Shown piece after piece: positions 38,026 through 50,739 of a stretch of 64,000 nt of DNA. Made by a program: the position numbers and the translations under genes. The notes under the pieces were generated by a model. The model saw only the letters and a program-made list of their open reading frames with translations. It did no database searches and had not been told where the DNA came from. This stretch comes from Felis catus (taxonomy: Eukaryota). Where the stretch lies: the NCBI RefSeq assembly GCF_018350175.1, contig NC_058368.1, positions 236,718,001-236,782,000 on the forward strand, in the 5' to 3' direction. How positions within the stretch are numbered: position 1 is the first letter of the stretch; each line of letters starts with the position of its first letter.

Positions 38026-39949
38026 AACATTCTCCCCAAAGTGTTACCTTGGAAGGCGGTACTACCTTGAATGTACAAGTTCTGATATTTATAAAAATGA
38101 CTCAAAAGTTTGTATGAACAGTAAGCATCACATGAACACACATTCTATTGTGCTGTTTTTGAATTTCAAAAACTCAAATTCAGGTTCTGACACGGGCAAG
38201 CACTTCTGTGGAACTGAGGACAAGAGGATAGTGCGGAGATCTCTTTGGAAATCTATTCCCCTCTCCTATTCCTAATGACCCAAGAACAATAGTCTTAAGG
38301 TGGGAGAGGAGAGCGAGGATCTGTGTTCTCTCCCTCTGGTCCTCGCTGGGAGGGGCAGGGCCCCCCCCCCAGGTGGTCTGGCACCCATCTGAGCGGCTGG
38401 TCCACGGTGGAGTCCAGGCAGAAACCCGGGCTCACACTCCGGTCCCGGCTCCTCTGCCAATTCTGGTGGAAGACGCCCCATTTTGGAACGGGTTGGGAAA
38501 GCTTTGAATCAACTCCATCGGATCTCTGTCTTTCATCCCACACTTTGGATGGGGAAATCCTGCCCCTCTCCACCTTCATGTGAGAGACCCTTCTGCAATT
38601 TCTTTTGCCCTGACTCCCTTTTCGTGAAAGATGGTTTCAATTAGTTCCCTGAGGAGAAAAATATTGCTTGTAATTCTGTCTCACCCCCCCCCACCCCTCC
38701 CTGCGCACATCTCTTGAAAGGCTGGCGCACTTCAAGAGTTGAATTTGTTCTCTGGAATATTCTAAGACGCAATGAAACCTTCCCACTTTACATTGTTTAC
38801 GAATGTGATCTTCCTTTGTAAGCAGTATTTCCACCGTGATCCTAAACCCTCAAAACATTGTGGATTGGTCCTCTGCAACACGAAGGCTCCCAACAACATT
38901 TCTTGACTGTAAACACACAGCCAGTGTGTGATGTTCTAAACAGACGGTAGGATATTCCATAGTAAAATAGTCAATCTGCAATCCCCAAGCGGAATTACTG
39001 CCCTTATGCTCAAGCATGTTGGGGGCGGGGGGGAGTCATCACCAGGCAATTCAGTATCACCTCAAGACGCCCCAAGAAGGAAGCTCGCAGCTGCCTCCCC
39101 TCCCCACTCCACCCACTAGAGACCCACAGACTAAGAAAACTCAATCTCCGAGGAAAACTCCTTCAAGTACAAACCTACGGATGAGTCTCTTAACCACCTT
39201 TGTTTCTTTTCTATTTTGCGTTATTCTCATCCACAAAGCGGATGGCCTCGTCAGTGTTCTAGATTCTTTTAATTCTTTAGATAAGAACCAAGTTCAGCCT
39301 GACAGGCCCACACCTGGCTGCAACATGCAGGACTCAAAGGGAAATCATTATATTCCAACCGCTCTGCCCTGGTCTGCTTCACACACTGTTCCAGGGAGTT
39401 CAGAAGGAAGCCCGGTTCATCCTAAAACACACAGAGAAATGATTGACTTGGCAACTCTAAAACCCACCCCGCTCTTCAGAATCCCCGGATTCTACTCCCT
39501 GTGTCTCAACGGGTGACAGGGCCCAAGATGGGTGGTCACAACCCATGCGACACACTCCTGCTCTCCAGAAGGACGCTTCCGCTATTCTGTGAAAAGCATC
39601 CTTAAGGCCACACATCAGTTTTCAGAACTTAGTGTCTGACCTTACGGTATGTGGAGAAGGAAGAGAAAACGTGAGGCTCCAGTACAGGAAGATGGAGGGC
39701 TTCATTCCTCACTCCTGGAAGGGCTGTGAGGGCAGAGGAGGAGACGCTTCCATATGGAAGGTTTGCCAGGAGACACTGTTTGGAATGTCCTGGAACTCAC
39801 GTCCCCGCATCACTGCTGCCCAGACATTCTATGGTTACTCCAAAGCCCAAATGGCTACCTGTTACCATCTGTCCACTATTGCTCTGAAATGAGCTGAAAC
39901 ATCTCGATGAAGGAAAGATCTATTCTTGTTTGTGTTTTGTTTATTTTAT

Positions 39950-40150
39950 CAAATACTTACGTATGTAACACCCTGAAAGTGCCTTCCAAGTGCTGAGGCC
40001 CTGAATCCTCATGATGAGCCCGTGGGGTAGATATCACCATTTCACAAGGGAAACTGAGGCACAAGGAGGTCACACAGCTGGTGAGTGAAGGGGCAGGGAT
40101 TCAAATCCAGAAAATCCTAGTCTGTTTCCAGCGTCTGTGCTCTTTACTCT
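39950..40150 (-). mobile_element. MIR SINE
   Basis: CCATTTCACAAGGGAAACTGAGGCAC..GGTCACACAGCTGGTGAGTG..GGGATTCAAATCCAG is the antisense MIR core. Confidence 0.8.
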
Positions 40151-40640
40151 AACCCCATGGAGCCCTCAACCAAACACCCGCAGGACTAGGAACAGATCCT
40201 TGAGGGGAGAGTGGATTGATAGCCATCAGAACCTCACACCTGCTGATTAGGGCAATTCCAGGCATGGGGCCCATGTGTCTACTCTATAAATGTCTACCTG
40301 TGAAGGACGACCAGGGCGGCCGAAGCTGGCAGGTCACCTGGCCACACTGCAGAGCATAATCTCTGGGAGTCCGGGTTACAACACATGGTCGTCTCTACTG
40401 AGCACGCTTTATTTTTAGCATTTTTTTACATGAACGAAAACATAAATTTGAGTCTGAAATTTCTACTTATTGAATTGGAAGACTATTTCATTCTTTGCCA
40501 CTTACGGTCTAAAGTATATCCAAATATTACTTGTATTCAGTGACAAGAATAGATTCAACCTGAATAATAGTTTGACACACAGGCAGAACAGCTGTAATTA
40601 ACAGTATAAGTAATTGAAAAACGCAAGATAAGGTAATTTA

Positions 40641-40841
40641 TTTCTTTTAACGTTTATTTATTTGAGAGGGAGGTGTGGGGGGGGGGTGGGAGGGAGAGGC
40701 AGAGAGAGAGGGAGAGAGAATCCCAAGCAGGCTCTGTGCTATGCAGACCCGGGGTTCGATCTCAGGAACCATGAGATCATGACCTGAGCCGAAACCAAGA
40801 ACTGGATGGATGCTTAACCGTCTGAGCCCCCCAGGTGCCCC
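40641..40841 (-). mobile_element. Can-SINE (SINEC), older copy
   Basis: Antisense head TGAGCCCCCCAGGTGCCCC; degenerate TSD GCAAGATAAGGTAATTTA/GTAGGATCAGGTGATTTA. Confidence 0.9.
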
Positions 40842-42662
40842 GTAGGATCAGGTGATTTAGAAACATATGTGTAAATCATCAAATACCTAGTATAGTGAAG
40901 AAAGAACATAATCTAAGTTTTGGTTCTTAAAACTTAAGGCCAACAACTGATGCTCTCAATATGTCATCACGTGATGAATGTAGAAGGGTCTCCACTCCCG
41001 TGTTTAAGCTCTTCCATGTCAGAATCATTGGGTTGTGATCCTCTCTAGTGACCCATGTTGGACATTGATCAACCTGAAATCAACTTTCTGATCTGTGAAC
41101 CTAGTGGACGGCACCTCTGTTCCTATGGGAAGGACGCAAACGGAAACCACCAAGAACAACCCGGTGCAGGGCCGGAAGTCTGGGCCTGGCACTCCGCGAT
41201 GAGGCTGTGGCCACACACTCACCTGCTTGAGGACCCCAGGAAATGACTTTGGGATTCAAGTTCCATTCCCAGGAGGCGGGTCTCCACCCCAAGTGCTGCC
41301 TGGTGCACTTGTCCCTAGTCCCCGTGGAGAAGGGAGGGAAAAAATGGACTCAAGCTTTTGGCTGCAGGGGACCCCCAGGGCCAGGCTCTCTGCAGGATGG
41401 CATTTAAATATGTTAGGAGTGGCCCCACACGGAGACATTCTAAGGGTGGACAAAAGCCTTCCATTTTAATGGCACCTTTCATTAAAATTTTCTTTAAGGG
41501 AAAAGAGATATTTCAATGCTTGAAAGAGGACCGCCCCCCTCTCTACCCCCTCAGACATGCATGGAGCTTGCTAATTACCTAGCAAGGTCGCATTGTATCA
41601 GCAATAAAGTTCACTCAGTGCTGGCTACTGGAGTTTAGAAATCGCTCTAAACGGATGAGAAGGACAGGAGGAGGCCAGAAATGAAAGCATCCCAAGCATC
41701 CCACCTTTTTCTGATTATACGAGGTTAGTTGCGTCTGACCCACTGCCTTGGCACGGATTCCCTCCACTTAGGTGTGTTTTTCACTCCTCCCCCAAGCTCT
41801 GAAGGCGAAGCAGAGGCTTACTGCATGCCATAAATATGTAATATGAACGCCGCGCTGGCTGGCTAAGAATATTCCAGGCTTAATGACAGTTCTCAAGACG
41901 GGAGCTTTGCAGATCCGAGATATCACAGGTGCCTCAGCCCCGCGCGAAGCTGCAGTCACACTTCTGCGGAATGTATTTGAATATTTCAGCATTTTGAGCT
42001 ATTTGCATGCGTCCAAGGCGAACCCAAGCCTGAAATCGCGGAGTAAGTGCTCCTCACAAATCTCGTTTGGCAATCACAAAGGAAAAGAGTCACCCGCGGA
42101 GACGGACTGATGTCTCACGGATAGGCCGCCCACTCCAAGCGCAAAGACACTGTCAAAACCAAACTTGTCCTACTTTTTCTAAAGTGAAGCACCAAACAGA
42201 AAAGTGTGCCCGGTTAAACACGGGGCCGTGAAGACAGAGGCGCAAAGCGGTGCTGGAGGAACCGGCTTGCACGGTGGAATCCGTGTGCGCAGCGTGCCCA
42301 CGGAGGGGTGCGCCTCGCGCTGCAGACTCACCCCGCGAACGACTCATTACAGCCGCCCTGGCCTGGGAGCCCCGCTCGCGCACGTGCTACAGTTTTGCCT
42401 ACAAAATTCCACCGTGTGCACGACGTTTCATGAAATGACGTTTGTGAGCGTGATGTATCTGTTCCAGTTCTACTCGCAATTCCTCGTTTCATGTATAGAA
42501 GCGTGGACGCTGCTGTGATTCGTCAGGACCCTTTCTTCACCACACACGTTTCCAGGGGTGTATAATTTAACCTGTGTGCTCAGAGGGGCTGCTAAAAAAA
42601 GTAAGGAATAAATTCCTTATTTTGATAAGATTTTGTCATGTATTTATCAGAACTCAGTTTTA

Positions 42663-42872
42663 AACTTTTTTTTTAAATGTTTGTTTATTTTTGAGAGAGA
42701 AAGACCGCGAGCAGGGGAGGAACAGAGAGAGAGGGAGACACAGAGTCCGAAGCAGGCTCCGGGCTCCGAACTGTCAGCACAGAGCCAGACGTGGGGCTCG
42801 AACTCACGAACCTTGAGACCATGACCTGAGCCGAGGTCTGACATGTAGCTGACTGAGCCACGCAGGTGCCCC
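42663..42872 (-). mobile_element. Can-SINE (SINEC)
   Basis: Antisense copy with perfect TSD AGAACTCAGTTTTA. Confidence 0.95.
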
Positions 42873-44160
42873 AGAACTCAGTTTTAGCTCTTCAAGAATT
42901 TAATTGATTGTTCTAAGTTAGTTGTTTCATTTCTGAGACTGAATCCATATAGCTCCCCAAATTCTATAGCTGACATTAAAATATATACATATATACTATA
43001 GATTCTTACCTTGTATTTGTTTTGTTCATTTTTAGCATGTGTCATTGATTTGTTAGGTGAGTTTGAAAGTCTCTACTAGGTCCAAAGAACCATTGGGAAT
43101 TAGGATCAAAGCAGACGTGGGTCGTGGAGTCTGGGGGGACATAGAGTCTGGGCCCTTTCAGGTCAGCACTTGGCCGGAGCAGCACATTGACCAGCCCCTG
43201 GAGCGTCTCCACGGCGGGGAGGCTGTTAGAACCACTCACTGATGAAACACGCTCTACTTTACGTGTCTGTTTAAAAAGTGGGGCTCAACTCATATTTGCT
43301 GATGGGTTTTCAATTGTGCTATGACACTTTCCAGTGAAGTGTACTGTTCGTATGCCTAATTTAAAAATTACAGGGAGCTAGTCAGACAAAACGAAACCTG
43401 AACTGATTTGAAAAGCTCAACAGGCAATGATGGCCTCTCGATGTTACTCAGGGTAGAGCCCTGGACTCCGGCACGCCTTCCTTTAGTGAGGCGAGATTCA
43501 CCCCTAATTTTCCAAACTTGATTCCTGCCCCCTCCTGGATTCTTCCGAGAGAGTGATACACCCGTAGTGGAAATTGGCAAGCCTCTCCTAACAGGTGTGT
43601 GAGAGTGTCTGGGATGAATGTGTTTTCATTCCAATTGTAACATTCCAATGGACGAAACAATATATTGCAAACATGCAATCAATGGAAAAGCCAGAAATGA
43701 TCAGACTTTGAAAAATGTTTATAAACAGAACTTCCATCAAGTGTTCCCCTATCACAAAAGAAAGATTAGCTACACTGTAAATAATGAATTCAAAAGTTGT
43801 CATTCGTTTCTTGGGATTTTATCTGTCATCACCCGGAGAGCTGGGAGGTAGGCACCCTTCATCTAAATGGGGGGAGTGTCGATTACGTCTCCTAAACGTG
43901 CCAGGATGGAATTGTTTTCTTCTCTCCATTTAAGAGCGTCGCGTTGTCTGCGGATTTTCCTGGTCCTTTAAACCTTCCATTTCTTTTACAGGATTATAAA
44001 GGGGAGGAAAGTACAATGTGAGTATATGGTGAAGAAAATAGTGCCGCAAGGCTGCACGTTTTGTGACGGTCAGGACGGACTCTTTATCAGAGGGGATTCA
44101 CTAAAGAATATACACATGCTTCCATCCAGCTCCTGACATTGCACAAAAGAAGAGAAAAAC

Positions 44161-44382
44161 GGGGCGCCTGGGTGGCTCAGTCGGTTGAGCGTCCGACTTC
44201 AGCCAGGTCACGATCTCGCGGTCCGTGAGTTCGAGCCCCGTGTCAGGCTCTGGGCTGATGGCTCGGAGCCTGGAGCCTGCTTCAGATTCTGTGTCTCCCT
44301 CTCTCTCTGCCCCTCCCCCGTTCATGCTCTGTCTCTCCCTGTCTCAAAAATAAATAAATGTTAAAAAAAAATTTTTTTTTTA
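44161..44382 (+). mobile_element. Young felid SINEC_Fc-type
   Basis: Near-consensus, CpGs intact; perfect TSD AAAAGAAGAGAAAAAC (44145-44160 / 44383-44398). Confidence 0.96.
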
Positions 44383-45199
44383 AAAAGAAGAGAAAAACAA
44401 GCCACTTATTCTGTAACGCTAGGGATATGAAATTAGAAACAGAAGACCTGGGGAAAGAAAGAGATAGATGGAAGGAGGAAGGCTGGAGGGAGAGAGAGAG
44501 AGCGAGACCACAGTGAATGGGGACACGGCTTCATCTCGAACCCCTGACCCTTCATGGGTCCTGCCACGCTGGGCTTTCTGCCCTGATGCTCGCCTTCTCA
44601 GCTGCCTTTAAACCGAGGGCTGGACACGGAGGGTCCCCTCCACAGCATGCATCACCAGACACAGCAGCTGACCCCTCTGGGAACAGGTGCCCCCAGACAA
44701 CGGGAACTAGACAAGAGAGAGCTTCTGGGAGGAGCACCCGCATGCTGAGCACCACACGGCACCTGGAGGCCAGCGACTGGGACAGGCTGAGGACTTCAGA
44801 CACGCCTGATCGATGGCTTGTCAAAGGCGATCACAAAAAGCATATGCCCCCTCGGGTCTCCACAGAGACCATCCTATCGGCTTGACATGCACCGTCTCCC
44901 TCACCCCTGCAGTGACCCCCCCCCTCCCGAGCCAGCCGTTACTATAACAGCTCATTTTATAGGTTAGGGAATGGGGGCACGGGGATTGCGTAACTTAGAC
45001 ACGGGCTGAGGCAGAACCAGACAGGAACTCAAGCAGTCCGCCTCCAGTCCAGAAACAATCAACATGTGGACACGACGAAAAACAGGAGGGCTGAAACAGA
45101 GAGCACCCCGCGTGGGATAAAGAGCACCCCGCGTGGGAGAGGGCACAGAGTCCACGCTGGTGGAGCAGAGCCGCAGCCTGGGAATCTCCACTGTTTGCA

Positions 45200-46000
45200 G
45201 ATCGGGGAAGTGGAAACCCAAACAAAAGTCGTGAGGTGAGGAGGAGAGAGAGGTCCGACAGCCCCACAAGAGAAGTCCCAAGAAAGGGGGGGGGGGATGG
45301 AGGAAAATTCTTCAAAAGAGGGACGGAAGAGCCCATGTTGCGAGGATTTAGAGGAGACCGAACAGGTTAGGTGAGGAAAACCCATGCGGGACACACTGTA
45401 GGGAATTGTAAAAACGTCGAAGAAAGGGGGCACCCGGGTGGCTCAGTCGGTTGAGCGCCCCAGTCTTGATCTCAGCGCAGATCATATTGTCAAAGTTCGT
45501 GAGATTAAGCCCCCTCTGTTGGGGGCCTCAGGACCTACTTGGGATTCTCTCCCTCCCTTTCTTTCTGTCTCTGTCTCTGTCTTTCTCTCTCAAATAAATA
45601 AATATTTTTTGAAAAAGAATATCAAAGAAAGAAGAAACTCTAACAGCATCAAGAGAAAGAGAGCAGATCACTTACCAAGGAAAACACGCAAACTATCACC
45701 AGATTCCTCAACAACAACACAGGTTGCAAGAAGATATCGACTCATATTTTTAAGCGAATGAAGAGGTTAGAAAACCTTTGAACCTATCATAATGTGTTCA
45801 ATCAAACTCTTATTTCCGTGGGGGAGCAAACGTAATATATCCTGCAGCACACAACCTCTTAGAGGATTATGTACAGGAACATCCACCCTGCGACCCTTCT
45901 TGGAGGAAAGCCAGATTAGAAGAACAAAAACAAGCAAACAACTAAGAAGCTTCCAAGAGAGTTCTGCAACAGGTATGCAATGTAAGATCAATCAAATAAC
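45200..46000 (+). mobile_element. Decayed L1/HAL1 ORF1-region remnant (SINE-interrupted)
   Basis: A-rich purine strand with CAGATTCCTCAACAACAACAC...AAACTCTTATTT.CGTG.GG.AGCAAA, similar to L1M ORF1 3' segments. Confidence 0.45.
45426..45615 (+). mobile_element. Can-SINE (SINEC), older copy
   Basis: GGGGCACCCGGGTGGCTCAGTCGGTTGAGCG head, CT tract, AATAAA tail. Confidence 0.9.
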
Positions 46001-46209
46001 TTAATATAGTCTTTATATAAAAAGAGCAAAGGAAAAGGGGGGGGAATAAACCGTTTCCACTCAGAACTAAAGTCACAAAATTCTTCATAAGTGGACATGG
46101 GACAGACAAAGGGAAAAGCTGTCGAAAAGATGTAAGAATCCCTGAAGATTCTTGGCATGCTTGACAAGAGACAGAGACATTTAAAATCTGTGAAGACATC
46201 AGTGATCTC

Positions 46210-47878
46210 AGGTTGATCTATAGATTCGATGCAAATGCTACCAAAATCCCAGAAGGCTTTCTTTAAAGAAATAGGTAAGCCGATTCTAAAACCTAGACAG
46301 AGGGGCTCCTAGGTGGCTCAGTGGGTTAAGCATCTGACACTTGATTTCGGCTCAGGTCATGATCTCGCTGTTTGTGAGTTCGAGCCCTGTGTTGGGCTCT
46401 ATGCTGACTGTGCGGAGCCTGTTTGGGGTTCTCTCTCCCTCTCTCTTCCCCTTCCTAGCTCATGCTCTCTCTCTCTCTCTCTCAATAAAATTTTTCAAAA
46501 ACCTTTAAAATTTGGATGGAAATGTAAAAAATGTAAAGCAATGAAAACAATCTTGAAAAGGAGAGCAAATTTGGAGAACTAGCACCATGTGATTTTAAGA
46601 CCTACTATAAAGCCACAAGACAGCTGGATATTGGCATAAGGAGAGGCAAATAGATCAATGGACAAAAGAGGGAGGGCCAGAAAAGATGGTCACATGCCCT
46701 GTCATATTGCTGGGACAGTAGATAGTCATATGGGAAAAAATGAAGAAACCTGTCATCTCAATCCATATACACATATTAATCATAGATCTAAATGTGAAAT
46801 TAACCCATAATGTTTCTAGGGAGAAAAAAAAAACCCAACAGAACATTTTCACAGGGTTGAGGTGGCCATAGACTTCTGGGATAGGACATGGAAGTCCAAA
46901 AATAAAAAGAATTCCTTCAACTTCATCAAAATTAAAAAATTTCTGCTAATCCAAAGAGATCACTAAAACTATAAATCAATAAATCACAAACTTGGGGAAA
47001 ATACTGGTAGTGCATGCATCTGATGTGTTTATGTGTTTTTTTTTTAAGTTCAACAATCAACCATCTAATTTTTTAAACCGAGCAAGTGAGTTAAACAGGC
47101 ATGTAACCAAAAAAGGCATCGAAATGGCCAATAAGCCCCAAAAAGATGCTGAATATTATTAGTCACCAAGGCACTGACAGTGAAAATCGTCACGAGATAC
47201 CATTTCTTGTCCGCTGAAATGGGTTAAAAAGACTGACAGTATGCCTGTCGCTGAGGGAGTGGCGCCGCTTGCCAAATGTGTGTCTCCAGGAGAACTGCAA
47301 AACGGCAAACACTTTGAGGGACTGTTTGCCAATTTCTAAAAAAGTTATACATGTGCATACCCCATGACCCACAGCTCCACTGCTGGGTAGTTACTCAGGG
47401 GTGATGAAAACTTTTGACCATAAAAAAAAAGACCATACAAGAATGTTTATAGCAGCTTTATTCATGATAGCTCACACTGGAAATAACCACAATATCCATC
47501 GAAAGAAGAATGGATTTTTTATGATCACGCTATATTCATATATTCATAGAGTGGAGTGCTATTTTGCAATAAAAAAGGAATAACACACAGGTAATTTGCA
47601 AATAAGAATGGTCTCAGAACAATTACAGTTGACAATAGAAGTCACACACTAAAGATCTGTGTCATGTTTAATCCAGAATACGGGCGCAGGCAACGGCATC
47701 TAAGGGGTCAGAGCGCATCATGTCTAGGGGATAGAGCACACTGGCTGGAAGGTTCCTGGAGTGCTGCTGTTGCGCGCATTGGAGCTGGCGGTTACAGAGA
47801 CGTGTGCAGTTACCAGGACTCACCCAACTAAAGACTTAAGCTGATGTATTTTATTGTAAGTTAATTTTGCCTCAATTC
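46210..47878 (+). mobile_element. L1M LINE-1: 3' part of ORF2 plus 3' UTR, degenerate
   Basis: ORF2 motifs DFKTYYKAT (46591-46617) and TRMFIAALF (ORF 47401-47583); ends in L1-like TAAGTTAATTTTGCCTCAAT; many stops and frameshifts. Confidence 0.85.
46302..46503 (+). mobile_element. Can-SINE (SINEC) inserted in L1
   Basis: SINEC head, body and tail interrupting L1 ORF2-like sequence. Confidence 0.92.
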
Positions 47879-48529
47879 AGACATAGTAATAAAAGTTAAT
47901 AAACATAATTATGGGTTTCTAATTTTAGGAAACCACTATAAGAGTAAAAAAGTAAATAAAATCTACAATTCTAACTCGTAATTTAAACCTGGTCTGTCCA
48001 ATAAAGAACAGGAGAGAAGAATAAAAATTAAACAAGTATACTAAATTGGAAACATGAGTTGAGGGTAGAAAAATCCTAATATAACAGGAATTACAATCAG
48101 TGAAAGTGCATGAAACTCAGGAACAGAGAAACCAAGAATTCCAGATTTGATTTTTAAAAAATTAATAGTCTTTTTTTTCTCCCCAAAAAGAATCAAGAAA
48201 AGTTAAGCAGAAGAAAAGTACATCCCAGGGAAAGGTGACCCATAAAAAAAAAGTTGTAATGATAATTTTAATATTTCACTCAACAAATATTCAGACAACC
48301 TTATCTTAAGGGAAAATGAGGGATGTTCTACTAGTAAAAATGGCATATAACCACCATGAACCTCTGTGCCCTTAGAAATATATACTCAACATATGCAAAA
48401 TGATTGGCAAACTGAGTCAATAAATAGATAAATAAATAATAGTGACTGGAGATTTTACACCCTCCCTTCACCTGAAAGGAGCAAAAAAATAAGCAGAGAT
48501 AGGGAGGCTATGTGAATAATGCAATTACT

Positions 48530-48762
48530 GGGATGCCTAGGTGGCTCACTTGGTTGAGCGTCTGATTCTTGATTTCAGCTCAGGTCATGATCTCATGGTT
48601 CCTGGGATCGAGCCCCGTGTCGGGTTCCCCCCTGACAGCACAGAACCTGCTGGGATTCTCTCTCTCTACTCACTCTCTGCCCTTCCCCCTCTTATTGTCT
48701 GTCTCTCTCTCTCTCTGTCTCTCTGTCTCTCTCTCTCTCTCAAAGTAAATAAACATTAAACA
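48530..48762 (+). mobile_element. Can-SINE (SINEC)
   Basis: SINEC head, body and tail; TSD AATAATGCAATTA/AATAATTCAATTA. Confidence 0.92.
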
Positions 48763-48849
48763 AATAATTCAATTAATAAACTCAAGTGATTTTGCCTGTT
48801 GTTCCGAGCTTAGCAAAGACAGGCAGACCAGACTTGCTGGGCTGCCTGG

Positions 48850-49092
48850 TGCCTGACCATCACCAGCACCTGCCCATCTGAAGCGAGGTGGATATGAAAA
48901 TTCAGAGTGTTCAAAAACTTTCAGAACAATCTGGTATTGCTGAGACATCCAATTATGTGATCATTTGTCCAGTAACTCATTTTATTGAATTTTGCGGCAT
49001 TAATGGTCTGTGACAGATTGGAAATTAACAAAAACAGAAAAACCTAACAAAACCCCCTGGTCCTTCAGCACAGAATGTTTGAGCAATACGAG
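48850..49092. mobile_element. Probable hAT-Charlie DNA transposon fragment
   Basis: Ends with CTGGTCCTTCAGCACAGAATGTTTGAGCAATACG, resembling a recalled Charlie-family terminus (CTGGTCCTTCACCACAGATAGTTTGAGAAGCACTG). Confidence 0.4.
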
Positions 49093-50171
49093 TTCTGAGT
49101 GAGCAGAGGAAGAGCCACAGACAGGACTTCATGTTAGACCCCGGATGAAGAGTCAGTGTCACCAAACTACGTTCTCCCTACTACAGTGACTAAAACCAGA
49201 AACCAATTAGAAAGCACACCCCCCCAAACTTCCTTTATTTTGAGAATCTCAACATTACACGTTTTGCTAAAATGAGACTTATAAAGGAAATTATGAAATA
49301 CGCAAGACTGGGGGCTACGTGGACACATTAAACTCCAAAATGTGTGGACGTATCTAGAACAGTACGTAAAGTAAGATTTATATGTTAAAATGCATTTTCA
49401 TGAGGCAGGACAGATTGGAAACAAATGATCTAATCAAAGGGAAAATAGGTTGGATTTATGACACAAAATAGGGATTGGTTTTAATGAAAAACACATGGGC
49501 CAAGTTAGCAACAGATAACAGATTGAGATAATATATTTGCAATCTATCTAAAACCAACAAGGGACCATACTATCTAGAATATGCAAGAAATGCCTATAAA
49601 TCAAAAATTAAGAAAGAAAATCACTATAGACAAGGAGACAGAGAACATGGAGAGGCAATTCACAGGGAGAAGAAACCCAAAAGGTTGAGAAGACGTAAAA
49701 GATGACCAGGTCCATCAGTAGAGGATTGGAAGTTGAGGCAGCAAGATCTCACCTTGTGTCCAGCCAATGGGCCAGTGCCTGAAAGCAGGATCGACAAGTG
49801 TTGGAGGTGAGTAGGAAAAAAAGGCAGCACCTTTCCCTGAGGCGGCTCCCTGGGAACTCACTGTGCTTTGGGAGTAGACTGGCACCACCAGGGTGGTGCC
49901 AGGGCATATATACTGTCTGACCAGCAATTCTGCTCCCGGGAAGAGGGTAGAGAAAACCCGAGTCCTGCGCAGGAGTGTCCCTATCACCTGTGTGGTGATA
50001 GGGAGCCAGAGGGATTCCCTCTGATGCTCTGGGGAGAGATGAGTAGAATGTCGGCATTACATGCCATGGAACAGTGAGTCAGAAGCCGCAGTCTACGAGA
50101 ATATTCCGTAATCTGGAGAGATGTGTAGAGTGAGGAGGGAAACAGCAACGGATAGAAAGTGATTTATAGCT

Positions 50172-50442
50172 TCTTTTTTTTAATGTTTCCATCGGAGTTC
50201 AAGGGAAGCATCTTTTTTTTTAACGTTTATTTATTTATTTTAAGAGAGAGAGAGAGCACACGTGGGAGAAGGATGTGGGGCACCTGGAAAGCTCAGTTGG
50301 TTAAGTGTCCAACTTTGGCTCAGGTCATGATCTTACGGTTCATGAGTTAGAGCCCCTGGTCGGGCTCTGTGCTGACAGCTCGGAGCCTAGAGTATGGTTC
50401 CGATTCTGTGTCTCCCTCTCTCTCTGCCCCTCCCCCGCTCAT

Positions 50443-50491
<49 letters not shown>

Positions 50492-50699
50492 GTCTCTCAA
50501 AAATAAATAAACATTACAAAAAAATGTTTAACAAGTGGGAGAAGAGGCAGAGAGAGAGGGAGAGACAGAGTCCCAAGTAGGCTCCACACTTGTCAGCACA
50601 GACCCCAACGCAGGGCTCACTCCCATGAACCCTAAAATCATGACCGAGCTGAGATCAAGTCAGATGCTAAGCCAGTCCGACTGAGCCACCCAGGCGCCC
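50172..50699 (-). mobile_element. Can-SINE (host, split in two by a nested SINE)
   Basis: Tail part 50212-50275, head part 50531-50699; TSD GATTTATAGC (50161-50170 / 50702-50711). Confidence 0.9.
50277..50530 (+). mobile_element. Can-SINE nested in opposite orientation inside another SINE
   Basis: Full SINEC with long (CT)n; flanking ACACGTGGGAGAAG/ACAAGTGGGAGAAG duplication. Confidence 0.93.
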
Positions 50700-50739
50700 A
50701 AGATTTATAGCATTTTGCCATTAGAATCTTGTTTTAAAA

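Larger units (their letters stand above)
47900..50150 (+). mobile_element. Highly decayed old L1 (L1ME-like) ORF2 fragments
   Basis: ATAATAGTGACTGGAGATTTTACACCC (endonuclease IVGDFNT-like), ATATTTGCAATCTATCTAAAACCAACAAGGG..TATCTAGAATAT and further ORF2 3' motifs. Confidence 0.55.

Noticed and set aside
49879..49902. Palindrome CTGGCACCACC-AG-GGTGGTGCCAG (11-bp arms)
   Set aside because: A single 11-bp-arm palindrome in 64 kb is plausible by chance, and it lies inside an L1 relic with no other support
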